Origin: Escherichia phage vB_EcoM_112
Reading direction: 5' to 3' (one strand)
DNA: 64,000 bases
Sequence record: NC_024125.2
Each line of letters starts with the position of its first letter. The stretch's first letter is position 1. The translations under genes were made by a program, and so were the position numbers. Below the pieces are notes generated by a model. The model searched no databases and was not told the DNA's origin. It worked only from the letters and a program-made list of their open reading frames with translations. Positions 62,585 to 64,000 of this stretch are shown one piece after another.

Positions 62585-64000
<1,416 letters not shown>

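Overview
This 64 kb window reads as a contiguous stretch of a T4-like (T-even, Tequatrovirus-type) myovirus genome; T4 lysozyme is about 98% identical to the ORF at 32856..33350, judged against the T4 sequence as I recall it. Positions 1..45137 are early/middle genes on the minus strand, and 45185..64000 is the late baseplate-to-terminase module on the plus strand. All T4 comparisons are from memory; no database search was run. The minus-strand block carries gp45 (partial), rpbA, gp46/gp47, alpha-glucosyltransferase, gp55, nrdG, nrdD, endonuclease VII, pin, nrdC, rI, tk, regB, lysozyme e, nudE, eight tRNAs, segB, gp57B/57A and genes 1, 3, 2, 4. The plus-strand block carries gp53, gp5, gp5.4, gp6 to gp12, wac, gp13 to gp16 and the start of gp17. 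I identified eleven early promoters with a strict GTTTAC-N18-TA(c/t)(t/a)AT layout, several of them inside near-identical repeated cassettes that flank small variable ORFs. The most interesting material is in the hyperplastic accessory regions: a family of four ~300-aa coiled-coil-tailed paralogues, an AAA+ ATPase next to a Pol-beta-type nucleotidyltransferase, a macro-domain protein, a GrcA-like glycyl-radical protein followed by a small P-loop ATPase where I would expect denV, four small proteins with the T4 capsid-targeting N-terminus, two free-standing homing endonucleases at non-T4 positions, and several tandem small-protein families. No CRISPR array was found.
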